Assembly: GCA_963754655.1 (NCBI GenBank)
Contig: CAVWGN010000001.1
Span: 576,001-640,000 of the forward strand
Direction of reading: 5' to 3'
DNA from: an uncultured Chlamydiae bacterium
GTDB taxonomy: Bacteria; Chlamydiota; Chlamydiia; Chlamydiales; Parachlamydiaceae
Length of the DNA stretch: 64,000 nucleotides
Part shown: one piece after another, positions 30,258 to 40,952 of the stretch
Numbering within the stretch: the first letter of the stretch is position 1
Layout of the letters: every line of letters begins with the position of its first letter
Notes under the pieces: generated by a model
The model's input: only the letters and a program-made list of their open reading frames with translations
The model's database searches: none
Told to the model about the DNA's origin: nothing
Translations under genes and position numbers: made by a program

Positions 30258-30867
30258 GCCTATTAGGATAGTTTTAAAATTCCTATGCGTTAAGGTAAGA
30301 GATGGGTGTAGGCTACGTGTCGCATTCAGTCGCCAAGCCGCTTCGCTCTGGGCTCTATGAGAGGGGTCATGACCCACCGTTCGGTCGCCCTCCGGGCTCG
30401 GTCACGGTGGGCTAGAATCAGTCGTCCTACGGACTCTAGCGGCAATGTAGAAGTCATTGAATGTTAGGTAAGGTGTTTGATAATAATGCTGCTAGAAAGC
30501 TAGTCAAGGCGTTTTGATAATGCCGCTAGTACTCAACCACATTAGTTTTGTGTATTTAGACTGCTTCAAAGCCCCGGGGTTGAATTGGCGTAAGTGGGTC
30601 CATATTACCAATATGGACCCACTTACGCCAATTCAACCCCGGGGCTTTGAAGCAGTCTAAATACACAAAACTAATGTGGTTGAGTACTAGAGTCCGTAGG
30701 ACGACTGATTCTAGCCCACCGTGACCGAGCCCGAAGGGCGACCGAACGGTGGGTCATGACCCCTCTCATAGAGCCCAGAGCGAAGCGGCGTGGCGACTGA
30801 ATGCGGCACGTAGCCTACACCCATCTCTTACCTTAACGCATAGGGATTTAAAACCATCCCAATAGGC
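30258..30867. repeat. Family C REP/REPIN-like palindrome, ~181-bp arms, containing a nested element
   Basis: 30258-30439 pairs with 30687-30867; related copy at 56121-56642. Confidence 0.95.
30530..30686. mobile_element. MITE-like perfect palindrome (77-bp arms, 3-nt loop) flanked by CTAG on both sides
   Basis: TACTCAACCAC...CCATATT-ACC-AATATGG...GTGGTTGAGTA; the family C copy at 56.3 kb has a single CTAG at the equivalent position. Confidence 0.7.
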
Positions 30868-30937
30868 TAAAACTAATGTGGTTAAGTACTAGACTTCCAA
30901 ATCTCTAGGATGCAAATGGAAGGAATCAAATTGTCCT

Positions 30938-32044
30938 ATGATAAGCAAAAAATTAGAGCTGTATTTAAAGGATATTGTGCGAGGACGCAGAAAAGGGTTA
31001 ATGGCTTTTTTCATTAAAGCCATTTTACTTCCTCTCAGTTGGCTATACGGATTAGGTGTCAATTTTCGCAATCGCTTATATGAAATGGGATGGATGCGTC
31101 GTTATGTGCCCCCTGTTCCATTGGTAATTAGTGTGGGAAATATTGTCGCAGGTGGAACAGGGAAAACGCCTGTGACGCTTTTACTTGCTGGAGCCTTCTA
31201 TGAGCGTTTTACCGTGGCTATATTATCACGTGGTTATCGATCTAAGGTCGAGAAGCTTGATACACCTGTTATGTTATGCGAAGGACACGGTCCGAATTTG
31301 CCTGCTAGCTACTGTGGCGATGAACCCTATTTATTTGCGCAGCGTCTGCCTAAGGCGATTGTCATTGTAGGGGGTAACCGTAAAAAAGCCTCATTTTTAG
31401 CTGCTAAGGCTGGCGCTGAGGTCATTTTGCTTGATGATGGAATGCAACATCGTCGTTTAGCGCGAGATTTTGATGTTGTCGTTGTGGATGTTGGAGATCC
31501 TTTTGGTCAAGGGTATTATCTTCCTAGAGGATTTTTAAGGGATGAAATTGGCTCGTTAGCGCGCGCCAATTTGATTATTCTCAATCACATTAGCGATACT
31601 GAGCAATTTATCAATGTCAAAATGCAATTGAAGCCCTATAGCACTGCGCCTGTTATAGGAACAAAGGGATCTATCATTGCGATTCGAGATCTCAAGGGAC
31701 AAGAGATTGTGCTATTAGAGGAAAAAAATGTGGGGATGTTCTGTGCGATTGCTCATCCTGAGTATTTTCGACGCACGCTTGAACAGGAAGGATTTAAAGT
31801 TGTTCACGAATTGATTTTAGCCGATCATGATACGATTCGCGAAAAGAATCTTGAGCAATTTGCGCAGGCGAGTTTAAAAAAAGGTGCTAAGTGGTTGATT
31901 TGCACGGAAAAAGATCGCGTCAAACTGCAAGATCAACTTGATTTTGCTTTGCCCATTCTTTGGGTGCAATTGGAGTTGCGCGTGGTCGCGGGTCAGGACG
32001 AATGGCAGAATTTTTTAAAGCAAGCTGAAGCTAAAATCATATAA
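30938..32044 (+). CDS. lpxK: Tetraacyldisaccharide 4'-kinase
   Basis: ISVGNIVAGGTGKTP, LSRGY, GDEP, LDDGMQH, TEKD. Confidence 0.96.
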   Translation: MISKKLELYLKDIVRGRRKGLMAFFIKAILLPLSWLYGLGVNFRNRLYEMGWMRRYVPPVPLVISVGNIVAGGTGKTPVTLLLAGAFYERFTVAILSRGYRSKVEKLDTPVMLCEGHGPNLPASYCGDEPYLFAQRLPKAIVIVGGNRKKASFLAAKAGAEVILLDDGMQHRRLARDFDVVVVDVGDPFGQGYYLPRGFLRDEIGSLARANLIILNHISDTEQFINVKMQLKPYSTAPVIGTKGSIIAIRDLKGQEIVLLEEKNVGMFCAIAHPEYFRRTLEQEGFKVVHELILADHDTIREKNLEQFAQASLKKGAKWLICTEKDRVKLQDQLDFALPILWVQLELRVVAGQDEWQNFLKQAEAKII

Positions 32045-32091
32045 AAATAAAAAAGGAGATTGATGGCGAATACGCTATTCAAAAGACAAAG

Positions 32092-33318
32092 ATGAAACTG
32101 TGGGTTAAAATTTTTATTGGGCTTATCTTAGGAGCTATTACGGGTCTCATCCTGGGAGAAAAGGCGATTTATTTAAAGCCTTTGGGAACGATCTTTCTCA
32201 ATTTAATTAATATGATCATCGTTTTACTCATTCTCTCTTCAATGACAGTGGGAATTACGAGCATTCATGATCCTAAAAAATTGGGACGAATTGGTGGGAA
32301 GACTGTGGGAATTTATCTCATGACAACTCTGATTGCGATTACGACTGGGATTGTGCTAGCCAATTTTTTTGATCTTGGAGCAGGTCTTGGATTAACAGCC
32401 AAGGAAGCCATTCAAGCCAAACCCCTTTCTCTTAGTGAAATTTTGATATCTATTATTCCTACTAATCCCATTGCTGCTATGGTAAAAGGAGATATTCTTC
32501 AAGTCATTGTGTTTGCAGTTTTTCTTGGATTAGCCATTAATTTTTCTGGTCCTAAGGGCAAGCCCCTTCTCCATTTTCTGGAGTCACTAGCGGATGTCAT
32601 GTATCGCCTAACCTCACTGATTATGGAATTTTCTCCCATAGGGGTTTTTGGCCTTATGGTTTGGGTAACGGGAACTTTTGGGTTGACCCTCCTCTTGCCT
32701 TTGTTCAAATTTTTGGGAATTTATTACTTGGCATGTATTTTTCATTTTTTCGTAATTTATGGAAGTTTGCTCAAAGGATTGGGACGTCTTCAATTATGGC
32801 CCTTTTTCCGAGGCATGGGGGATGCGATGATGATGGCGTTTTCCACATGCAGCAGTGCGGCAACATTGCCTGTTGCCATGCATTGTGCACAGGAGAATTT
32901 AGGCGTTTCTAAAAATATCTCAAGCTTTGTTCTCCCTCTCGGCATTACCCTCAACATGAATGGAGGGGCTATTTATCAGGCGATGAGTGCGTTATTCGTG
33001 GCCAAAGCCTATGGAATTCCATTGGAGATGTCTAGCTATGTCACTTTAATCTTAACGACAACTTTTTCAGCTATTGGGACAGCAGGAATTCCAGGGGGAG
33101 GATTTATTATGTTATCGGCTGTTCTAGCTTCAGTAGGACTACCGTTAGAAGGACTCGCGCTTTTAGCAGGTATTGATCGCTTGCGCGATATGATGACAAC
33201 AGTTTTGAACATTCTAGGCGATGCTGCTGTCACTGTTCTCATTGCCAAGCAAGAAGGCGAATTAGATGAGCGTCAATATTACCATAGTGAGCTAGTCGAG
33301 TTTGGAGGAGAGACTTAA
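32092..33318 (+). CDS. gltT: Dicarboxylate/amino acid:cation symporter
   Basis: FSTCSSAATLP, PLGITLNMNG, GTAGIPGGG, IDRLRDM; follows lpxK as in chlamydiae. Confidence 0.88.
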   Translation: MKLWVKIFIGLILGAITGLILGEKAIYLKPLGTIFLNLINMIIVLLILSSMTVGITSIHDPKKLGRIGGKTVGIYLMTTLIAITTGIVLANFFDLGAGLGLTAKEAIQAKPLSLSEILISIIPTNPIAAMVKGDILQVIVFAVFLGLAINFSGPKGKPLLHFLESLADVMYRLTSLIMEFSPIGVFGLMVWVTGTFGLTLLLPLFKFLGIYYLACIFHFFVIYGSLLKGLGRLQLWPFFRGMGDAMMMAFSTCSSAATLPVAMHCAQENLGVSKNISSFVLPLGITLNMNGGAIYQAMSALFVAKAYGIPLEMSSYVTLILTTTFSAIGTAGIPGGGFIMLSAVLASVGLPLEGLALLAGIDRLRDMMTTVLNILGDAAVTVLIAKQEGELDERQYYHSELVEFGGET

Positions 33319-34604
33319 TTTTGATAGGCAACGGCATCGTTAGGATCAAAATCAATAGCCTTCAAATAAAGCTCTTGCTGAGTCATTTTTGTTCCATCGA
33401 GAAGTTGGATGCTTTCTCCTAAAGGGAGAATAGCGGCTAAATTGCCATAGGCAATGGCATCGTGATCAAGATCAATAGCTTTCAAATAAAGCTCTTGCTC
33501 AGTCATTTTTGTTCCATTGAGAAGCTGAAGAATTTGCCCTTTAGGAAGACAAATGGCAACATCGTTATAAGCAGGAGCAAGGGTAGGATCAAGATCAATG
33601 GCCTTCAAATAAAGCTCTTGCTCAGTCATTTTTGTTCCATCGAGAAGCTGAATCCTTCCTCCTAAAGGAAGACAATTGGCAACGTAGTTATAAGCAGGAG
33701 CAAGGGTAGGATCAAGATCAATGGCCTTCAAATAAAGCTCTTGCTCAGTCATTTTTGTTCCATCGAGAAGCTGAATAGTTCCTCCTAAAGGAAAAGCATC
33801 GGCTAAATTGTAATAGGCAACGGCGTCGTTAGGATTAAGATCAATAGCTTTCAAATAAAGCTCTTGCTGAGTCATTGTTGTTCCATTTAGAAGCCGAATA
33901 CTTCCTCCTAAAGAAAGACAATTGGCCATATTGTTATATGCAAGGTCAAAGGTAGGATCAAGATCAATAGCTTTCAAATAAAGCTCTTGCTGAGTCATTG
34001 TTGTTCCATTGAGAAGCTGAATAGTTCCTCCTAAAGGAAGACAAGTGGCAACATCGTTATAAGCAGGAGCAAAGGTAGGATCAAGATCAATGGCTTGTAA
34101 ATAAAGCTCTTGCTGAGTCATTGTTGTTCCATTGAGAAGCTGAATAGTTCCTCTTTCAGAAAGAGTAATAGCTAAATGGTGATAGACAGAAGCATTGTGA
34201 GGATCAAGATCACTAGCCTTTAAAAAAATCCCTGGTTCAGTCATTTGTATTCCATCTAGAAGCTGGGAACTATCTTCTTTAGGCTGAATACATAGCTGTT
34301 CCTTTTTAAGAATGACTAAACTTTTAGAGTTTAAATCATGATGGGTATCCTGCTTAACCTTACGAAAAGGCTTTTGTCTATCTGCGTGCTTGTTATCATT
34401 GCTATCGTGATTGTTATTGTTATTGCTTATGAGGCGTTTAGTCTTGAAGTAACAGCTACTTATCAAATAGCAAGCAACTAAGAATCCAAAAGCTATCGAT
34501 ATAACAGTCAAGATTCTTCTTTGCTGGCTAGTTAGAGAAGATACAATTCGATTATTACAACAGAATTTAACATAAGTAGATAAACATGAGAAATTGATAT
34601 TCAT
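33315..34604 (-). CDS. TPR-like 41-aa repeat protein with N-terminal membrane anchor, candidate effector
   Basis: 7-8 repeats of GTIQLLNGTTMTQQELYLKAIDLDPTFAPAYNDVATCLPLG, 123-bp period. Confidence 0.88.
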   Translation of the reverse strand: MNINFSCLSTYVKFCCNNRIVSSLTSQQRRILTVISIAFGFLVACYLISSCYFKTKRLISNNNNNHDSNDNKHADRQKPFRKVKQDTHHDLNSKSLVILKKEQLCIQPKEDSSQLLDGIQMTEPGIFLKASDLDPHNASVYHHLAITLSERGTIQLLNGTTMTQQELYLQAIDLDPTFAPAYNDVATCLPLGGTIQLLNGTTMTQQELYLKAIDLDPTFDLAYNNMANCLSLGGSIRLLNGTTMTQQELYLKAIDLNPNDAVAYYNLADAFPLGGTIQLLDGTKMTEQELYLKAIDLDPTLAPAYNYVANCLPLGGRIQLLDGTKMTEQELYLKAIDLDPTLAPAYNDVAICLPKGQILQLLNGTKMTEQELYLKAIDLDHDAIAYGNLAAILPLGESIQLLDGTKMTQQELYLKAIDFDPNDAVAYQN

Positions 34605-34766
34605 TGGTTACTGTCCTGGTGGACAAATTAAATTTTAAAAAAGAAATTTTAATTAAATTATTGATTGCTATGATTCTATCAAATCAATCACATGAAAAAA
34701 TAATTGATTTCTAATTTTATCTGAATATCTATTAATTTTTTACTTAAAAATCATAAAATAGATAAA

Positions 34767-36224
34767 TTATTCATCTTGTTGAGCGGTAAAACCGCGCGTG
34801 CCATCGAAAAGATAAAGGGATTGCGCTTGAGTGATGTTGAGTTTATGATCAGTAATTGTTTGCAAGAGGTTTATAACATGTTGATAGGAAAGGGGCTGAT
34901 CTTTATTCTCTCTTATAAATCGACAGCGCCAGCTGTCGGAACATAACGTTTCAGGAATCTTTGTGGGCCATACTCTGACTCCACGATTGCTAATAGATTG
35001 TAATGTTATTCCTGAAATGACTAACGAAGTGAGATGAGCTGCAAGATTTTCTATTGTTGAATTCCATTGTATAAACACGTCGATTCCAACCAATTCTTTT
35101 TTGATTATTGCACTTGCTTGAGAGGAACGCTTGACAGTATGATGCACATGTTTCGCTCTTTCATACTGAACTGCGGGAAGCTTTTCTGGTTGCTGGCCTA
35201 GACGAGCAACAACTGCTTGGGCAAATTCTTTTGTTCCTACTTTTTGTTTACTTGTTTTTTCTTTAAAAATATCATACGTATGAATTCCTTCTTCTAATGT
35301 TTTGAGCCAGGCATTGTGAATGCGCGTGGCCTCTTCGGATTGTCCAATATAAACTAGCAGTTGCACAGCGGCTAAAATCAATCCAGAGGGATTAGCTACA
35401 TTTTGCCCAGCACGCCGAGGAGCAGAACCATGAATGGCCTCAAACATTGCACCTGCAGTTCCAATGTTGGCAGAGCCAGCAAGACCGACAGATCCTGCAA
35501 TTTGAGCAGCGACATCTGATAGAATATCTCCATACAAATTAGGCAGTACGATCACATCAAAATCTGCTGGACTATCCGCTAACTTTGCAGCGCCAATATC
35601 GACAATCCAGTGCTCTTTTTCAAATTGAGGATAGTCGGCTCCAATTTCATCAAACACTTTGTGGAAAAGACCATCGGTAAATTTGAGAATATTGTCTTTG
35701 GTGAAACAGGTCACTTTTTTGCGTTTATAGGCTTGCGCATATTCAAAGGCATAGCGAATAATTCTTTCACATCCGGGACGTGTCATCACTTTCAGAGCTT
35801 GATAGGTTTCAGGAGTAGATTGATATTCAATGCCCATGTACAAATCTTCTTCATTTTCCCGTACAATGACGACATCCATGCCTGGATGTTTGGTTGCAAC
35901 AAAGGGAGAATAAGAGACGCAGGGGCGAACATTAGCATAAAGTCCGAGCGTCGTCCGTATTGTGACATTTAAACTTTTGAAACCCCCTCCTTGCGGAGTG
36001 GTAATCGGAGCTTTGAGAAAAGCTTTGGATTGCCGGATCATGTCCCATGTCGAAGGAGCAATGCCGGTGGGCTCGCCTTTTAAATAAACCTTTTCTCCAA
36101 TTTCTACCTCATGAATCTCTAAGGATGTCCCTGCTTCTTGTAAAATATGTAGGGTGGCTGCCATAATTTCAGGTCCAATACCATCACCTAAAGCGACAGC
36201 GATAGGAATACGTGTCCTTGTCAT
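34767..36224 (-). CDS. icd: NADP-dependent isocitrate dehydrogenase
   Basis: GDGIGPEI, KAPITTPQGGGFKSLNV, RENEED, NLYGDILSD, FEAIHGSAP. Confidence 0.95.
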   Translation of the reverse strand: MTRTRIPIAVALGDGIGPEIMAATLHILQEAGTSLEIHEVEIGEKVYLKGEPTGIAPSTWDMIRQSKAFLKAPITTPQGGGFKSLNVTIRTTLGLYANVRPCVSYSPFVATKHPGMDVVIVRENEEDLYMGIEYQSTPETYQALKVMTRPGCERIIRYAFEYAQAYKRKKVTCFTKDNILKFTDGLFHKVFDEIGADYPQFEKEHWIVDIGAAKLADSPADFDVIVLPNLYGDILSDVAAQIAGSVGLAGSANIGTAGAMFEAIHGSAPRRAGQNVANPSGLILAAVQLLVYIGQSEEATRIHNAWLKTLEEGIHTYDIFKEKTSKQKVGTKEFAQAVVARLGQQPEKLPAVQYERAKHVHHTVKRSSQASAIIKKELVGIDVFIQWNSTIENLAAHLTSLVISGITLQSISNRGVRVWPTKIPETLCSDSWRCRFIRENKDQPLSYQHVINLLQTITDHKLNITQAQSLYLFDGTRGFTAQQDE

Positions 36225-36328
36225 TGGATGCCTCTAAATAAATTTTTTAAACAATCTAGTAGGTTCTTCCTTGAGACTAAACTCATTGTTGTTTAAAATC
36301 CAATCGAAATCCATGAGCAAAGAAGACT

Positions 36329-37288
36329 ATGCTAAAAGAACTTCTTGATAAACAGCAAAATTATACGAATCACTTCTTTACAGCTCTTGATCTTCAGCCT
36401 GTGGAACAACTTGTACAGCGCTTATTGCAGTGCTCCGGTGTCATTTTTTTTACAGGAGTAGGCAAAAGTGGCTTAGTGGCTAAAAAAATTGCTTTTACCA
36501 TGGTTTCCACTGGAACACGTGCCTTTTATTTATCGCCGACTGATGCGGTACATGGAGACTTGGGAATGGTTTCTTCGCATGATATTTTTATCATGCTAAG
36601 CAAAAGTGGTGAAAGCGATGAGCTTGTTAATTTGGTGCCTGCTATTCGAAACAAAGGCGCCACTTTGATTGGCGTTGTCTGTAATTCCCAGTCACGCTTA
36701 TCCGCCGCTTGCCACCTCACAGTCACTCTTCCTTTTCAACATGAACTTTGTCCTTTTGACATGGCTCCTACCATGTCAACAACCTCACAGCTTCTTTTTG
36801 GAGATTTGCTGGCTATTGCGCTCATGCGCTACAAAAATTTTAGTATTGATGAATATGCTCTTAATCATCCTTCAGGACGTATTGGGAAGAGAATTACGCT
36901 CAAGGTTAAAGATCTCATGCTCACCGGAGAGCGCATTCCTCTTTGCGGACCTGAACATCGTTTAGGAGAAATTTTAGTAGAGCTTTCAAATAAGCGCTGT
37001 GGATGTATTCTCATCGCTGATAAAAACCAAAACTTATTGGGAATTTTTACAGATGGAGATCTTAGGCGTACCTTGCAGAAATTTGGAGGACAAGTTCTCG
37101 AGGCTCGCATGCAAGAAATTATGACTCCTAAACCCAGTTCAATTGGACCAGAAGTATTGGCATGGGAAGCTATGAAGCGTATGGAAGCAGATTATCAAAA
37201 ACGCATTATGATGCTCCCAGTGATTGATTCAGCTTCTAAGATCTTGGGCTTATTGCATTTACATGATGTTATTCAAAGCGGACTTTAA
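36329..37288 (+). CDS. kdsD: Arabinose-5-phosphate isomerase (KpsF/GutQ; SIS plus CBS pair)
   Basis: TGVGKSG, HGDLG, SKSGESDE, APTMST, HPSG, GIFTDGDLRR. Confidence 0.93.
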   Translation: MLKELLDKQQNYTNHFFTALDLQPVEQLVQRLLQCSGVIFFTGVGKSGLVAKKIAFTMVSTGTRAFYLSPTDAVHGDLGMVSSHDIFIMLSKSGESDELVNLVPAIRNKGATLIGVVCNSQSRLSAACHLTVTLPFQHELCPFDMAPTMSTTSQLLFGDLLAIALMRYKNFSIDEYALNHPSGRIGKRITLKVKDLMLTGERIPLCGPEHRLGEILVELSNKRCGCILIADKNQNLLGIFTDGDLRRTLQKFGGQVLEARMQEIMTPKPSSIGPEVLAWEAMKRMEADYQKRIMMLPVIDSASKILGLLHLHDVIQSGL

Positions 37289-37298
37289 AATCCCAAAA

Positions 37299-37907
37299 CT
37301 ATTTATTCTCCACTTCTTGCTCCTCCTGTTGCCAGCTCATCAGTTCATCATAAGCGCGGCGATTAAAATAAGGAAAAAATACATCCGCCCCTCCTGCTAG
37401 TTGGCCTTTATACCGAAGCTCTTCTACTTCTTTTGGGAATTGATGGATCACAATAGGAGTAATAGGAGGAGGTTTGAGCCAAATGGCAATGCCATAACGT
37501 TTTGGATGATGCACATAGCTTATGTGGGCTATTGATTGCATGGATAAAGTCAATATCTTTCTGCCTTTAGAATAAAAAATAAGATAATTTAGATCCTTGA
37601 AAACAATCTCATTGGGCTTCAATTGAAGGCGAGAAAGGCGTCGATAAGGAAGAAGGCCGATAACGATTAATCCTAGGCTAATCAGAAACAACATCCATCC
37701 CCACGTTTGCAAAATTAAAGGGGGCATGATAGTCCCAGCAAATAATAAGACAAGAATCCCTAGAAAGGCAATGGCAAACCCTTTGAATAAGATAGTTTTT
37801 AGGAGTTGCGAAGAGATGCTCGAACGAACAATAAAGGATTCTTTAATCATTTCTCCAACCTGGTGTGAATTTAAAGGTTGCTTGACTTCAGGAAAATTGT
37901 CTAGCAA
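37299..37907 (-). CDS. Hypothetical membrane protein (2 TM); start uncertain
   Basis: 202-aa ORF with two hydrophobic helices. Confidence 0.7.
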   Translation of the reverse strand: MLDNFPEVKQPLNSHQVGEMIKESFIVRSSISSQLLKTILFKGFAIAFLGILVLLFAGTIMPPLILQTWGWMLFLISLGLIVIGLLPYRRLSRLQLKPNEIVFKDLNYLIFYSKGRKILTLSMQSIAHISYVHHPKRYGIAIWLKPPPITPIVIHQFPKEVEELRYKGQLAGGADVFFPYFNRRAYDELMSWQQEEQEVENK

Positions 37908-38014
37908 TGAATAGTAGCAAAGAATCTATTGAAAGGATATTCCTTGACGCTTGCAAGTGAATTTGTTAACTTTCGTTTTTAATTGAGCTTCAATTTTTAT
38001 TTAGGAGAAATCAG

Positions 38015-38404
38015 ATGGCATGTCCAGTATGTCCTGCAGTAGGCTGGCTAGGTGGATGGATTGGCGGTTATTTTGGAATTCAATCACCACCTCATTTCGA
38101 AGGGAAAGTCTTTAGTGCGGTGATTACAGCTAATCTCATTAGTCTCACGGTTATTGCATTAAAAGCGATTTTTGATGTTTCGTTATGTGGAGGAGGAGGA
38201 GCAACTCTAGGAAATGTTGCAAAAATCGCAGTCAAGACCTTAGTCATGGGAATCATTTATTCGATAGGAGTTAATTATTTATTAAATCATTACGTTTTTC
38301 CTCAATCAGAAAACAACCAAAATCTTGATGATTCACCAGATGATTCTTTGCTAGACAATGAGATTGCTGTTTGCTGTTGCAAATGCGAAAAAGCCAACAT
38401 TTAG
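38015..38404 (+). CDS. Small membrane protein with N-terminal CPVC and Cys-rich tail
   Basis: AGGAG RBS; MACPVCP; hydrophobic segments; CCCKC. Confidence 0.72.
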   Translation: MACPVCPAVGWLGGWIGGYFGIQSPPHFEGKVFSAVITANLISLTVIALKAIFDVSLCGGGGATLGNVAKIAVKTLVMGIIYSIGVNYLLNHYVFPQSENNQNLDDSPDDSLLDNEIAVCCCKCEKANI

Positions 38405-38681
38405 GTTAAATAAAGTTGGCTTTTGAAGGGTTCTTGACTTCACTTCAAGGCGAAAATAAAAGCCTCTATCCATCTTTACCCATTGAAAGCCATCTGCAAT
38501 CTTGGATGGTTATATGACTGGGTCTTCTCTTAATTTAAATTTTTGCATGGGTTAAATTGGTAAAAGGGGTATAATTTTCTATCTTTTAAAAGAAAAACAA
38601 GAGGAACCTATTTCTCTATTTTAATAGCTTCTTTTCGAGATAGGTGATTTAAATCCAGATATTAGGAGGAAGATTCATTTC

Positions 38682-39965
38682 ATGACAGATCCAGGTATGA
38701 GTATATTTAGCGTATTAATGATTCTCACTTTCATCTTAGGTTATTTTTTTATTACCATTGAGCATGTGACCAAAGTCAATAAAACTTCCATAGCCCTCGT
38801 AATGGCTATCATTTGTTGGCTTTTTCAATTCATTAATCAAACAAAGTCTCGTGAAAATAATTTAAATTTTTTATCAGAACATCTGGCTAACATTAGCCAA
38901 GTGATTTTTTTTCTGTTGGGGGCATTAACTATCGTTGAAATTATTAGTGCTCATAAGGGCTTTAGATTAATTTCTAATAACATTCGCTTTCGCTCTAAAC
39001 GTAAATTGCTTTGGTTATTGGGTATTATTAGTTTTTTTCTCTCTTCTGTTCTTGATAATTTGACAACGACAATTGTGATGGTCACTTTGCTTCGGAAGTT
39101 AACTAATAAAGGAGAAGATCGTTTACTTATGGGGGGAGCAGCGGTCATTGCAGCCAATGCTGGCGGAGCTTGGACACCTATTGGAGATGTGACAACGACA
39201 ATGCTATGGATTGGGGGAGAATTATCCACTTTGGCGGTGATGAAAGCTCTTTTCCTTCCTAGTCTAGCTTGCTTGATTGTGGGATTATTGGTGCTGAGTT
39301 TTAATTTAAAGGGAGACTTTCCTCAAGTTAATCAAAAAGAAGAAAATGATATAGAACCTATGGGAACAGCAGTTTTTTGGTTAGGAGTAGGATGCTTGAT
39401 TTTTGTTCCTCTCTTCAAAATTGCGACAGGTTTGCCTCCGTTTATGGGAATGATTTTTGGCTTAGGTTTCATGTGGTTATTTACGGATATCGTTCATAGT
39501 CGTTATGAGGATCGTGAACATTTGCTTGTTCCTAATATTATCACTCGTATTGACGTTTCAGGAGTGCTATTTTTTCTTGGCATTTTACTTGCCATTGATG
39601 CTTTGCATACAGCTGGCCTACTTGAAGCTCTAGCTAATTGGATGAATCGAACACTTGCAAATCCAGATATCATTGCGATTACCATTGGATTGGTTTCTGC
39701 AATTGTAGATAACGTTCCTTTAGTTGCGGCTGCGATGGGAATGTATGAAATTAGCCAATATCCACCCGATTCAAACTTTTGGAATTTGATTGCCTATTGT
39801 GCTGGAACAGGAGGAAGCATTTTGATTATTGGATCTGCAGCTGGGGTTGCCTTTATGGGTCTTGAACGCGTACAGTTCTTTTGGTATATGCGTCGCATTG
39901 GATTGGCGGCCTTACTGGGGTACTTTGCAGGCATTGGAGTCTTCAAATTGATAGGTATGGGATAA
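38682..39965 (+). CDS. nhaD: Na+/H+ antiporter, NhaD family
   Basis: LDNLTTTIVM, ANAGGAWTPIGDVTTTMLW, IVDNVPLVAA, GTGGSILIIGSAAGV. Confidence 0.92.
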   Translation: MTDPGMSIFSVLMILTFILGYFFITIEHVTKVNKTSIALVMAIICWLFQFINQTKSRENNLNFLSEHLANISQVIFFLLGALTIVEIISAHKGFRLISNNIRFRSKRKLLWLLGIISFFLSSVLDNLTTTIVMVTLLRKLTNKGEDRLLMGGAAVIAANAGGAWTPIGDVTTTMLWIGGELSTLAVMKALFLPSLACLIVGLLVLSFNLKGDFPQVNQKEENDIEPMGTAVFWLGVGCLIFVPLFKIATGLPPFMGMIFGLGFMWLFTDIVHSRYEDREHLLVPNIITRIDVSGVLFFLGILLAIDALHTAGLLEALANWMNRTLANPDIIAITIGLVSAIVDNVPLVAAAMGMYEISQYPPDSNFWNLIAYCAGTGGSILIIGSAAGVAFMGLERVQFFWYMRRIGLAALLGYFAGIGVFKLIGMG

Positions 39966-40826
39966 ATCCAATCGACTAACCACTCGGGCAAATAAAACAT
40001 TCCATAGCAGAAAAAGAAAAAGAAAGAACGGACCTAACTTTTTATGAAAATTGTTTAGCCATTCAGTACGGGGTTGTCCATGCAATAAATTTAAGCGAGC
40101 TAGCGTAAAACGAAATTCACCTTCTTCAACTCGAACCTCTTCATTTTCAGTGTGATTGGTAGACCAATTCTCAATCAAATAGCGCTTCCATCCTTTTTCT
40201 AATTGCTCTTTTTGTTGTCTCGGTGATGAAGAGAAAGGCTCATTAAGGTAGTGCTCAATAATTCTTTCTTCTGTTGGAAAAAGTGTAGAGTCAGGATGAG
40301 GAGAAGGGGATTTGCCTGTCAATTGATTGTCAACGGCATATGCCAATACGATAAGAGGAAGAAGCCAAGCAGCGGATTGAGCTCCCTCTACTTTTAATAA
40401 AATCAAAATGGCAATTGTAATAGAAAAGAAAATCCAAGCCTGTTCAAAGGGGGGAATTTTTTGTATTAAGGTCTGAATGCCATCCTTAAGCTTTTGAAAC
40501 GTTGGCCGTTTGGCATAAGCTTGTAACTGCTGATAGGCTGTTTTTACTAATTGCTGCTCTGATTCAACTAATTGTTGAAATCGCTTTGTTTGTCGCTCTA
40601 TTTTTTCTTCTTGACCTTTTCTTGACTTTAAAATGTCAGATGTTCCCATGACATATTCATATAAAAGCATGCGCGAGCGTAAGGAAAAATATTCACCCAT
40701 AAAAGGTTGAATCACATACCAAAGCATAAGACTAAAAGCTAGGCATAATTGCCCAATGGCCATCAGGCGTTGCGATGTTGGAATAAATGTCCCAGGTGGA
40801 AAGGTTTTGCGTGAGCGTACCGACAT
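39912..40826 (-). CDS. Hypothetical membrane protein; 3' end overlaps nhaD convergently
   Basis: 304-aa ORF, GAGG RBS, several TM segments. Confidence 0.75.
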   Translation of the reverse strand: MSVRSRKTFPPGTFIPTSQRLMAIGQLCLAFSLMLWYVIQPFMGEYFSLRSRMLLYEYVMGTSDILKSRKGQEEKIERQTKRFQQLVESEQQLVKTAYQQLQAYAKRPTFQKLKDGIQTLIQKIPPFEQAWIFFSITIAILILLKVEGAQSAAWLLPLIVLAYAVDNQLTGKSPSPHPDSTLFPTEERIIEHYLNEPFSSSPRQQKEQLEKGWKRYLIENWSTNHTENEEVRVEEGEFRFTLARLNLLHGQPRTEWLNNFHKKLGPFFLFLFLLWNVLFARVVSRLDLSHTYQFEDSNACKVPQ

Positions 40827-40952
40827 AAAGTGCCTCTTCAGTTGCTAAGAAAGTAAGTCAAGATAGATGCCAATTCAATTTTCATTTCATCACTTGTACA
40901 AAATTAATCTTAATTATAAAAGAATAAGATTTTATCCTTATGGGAAGGCGTT

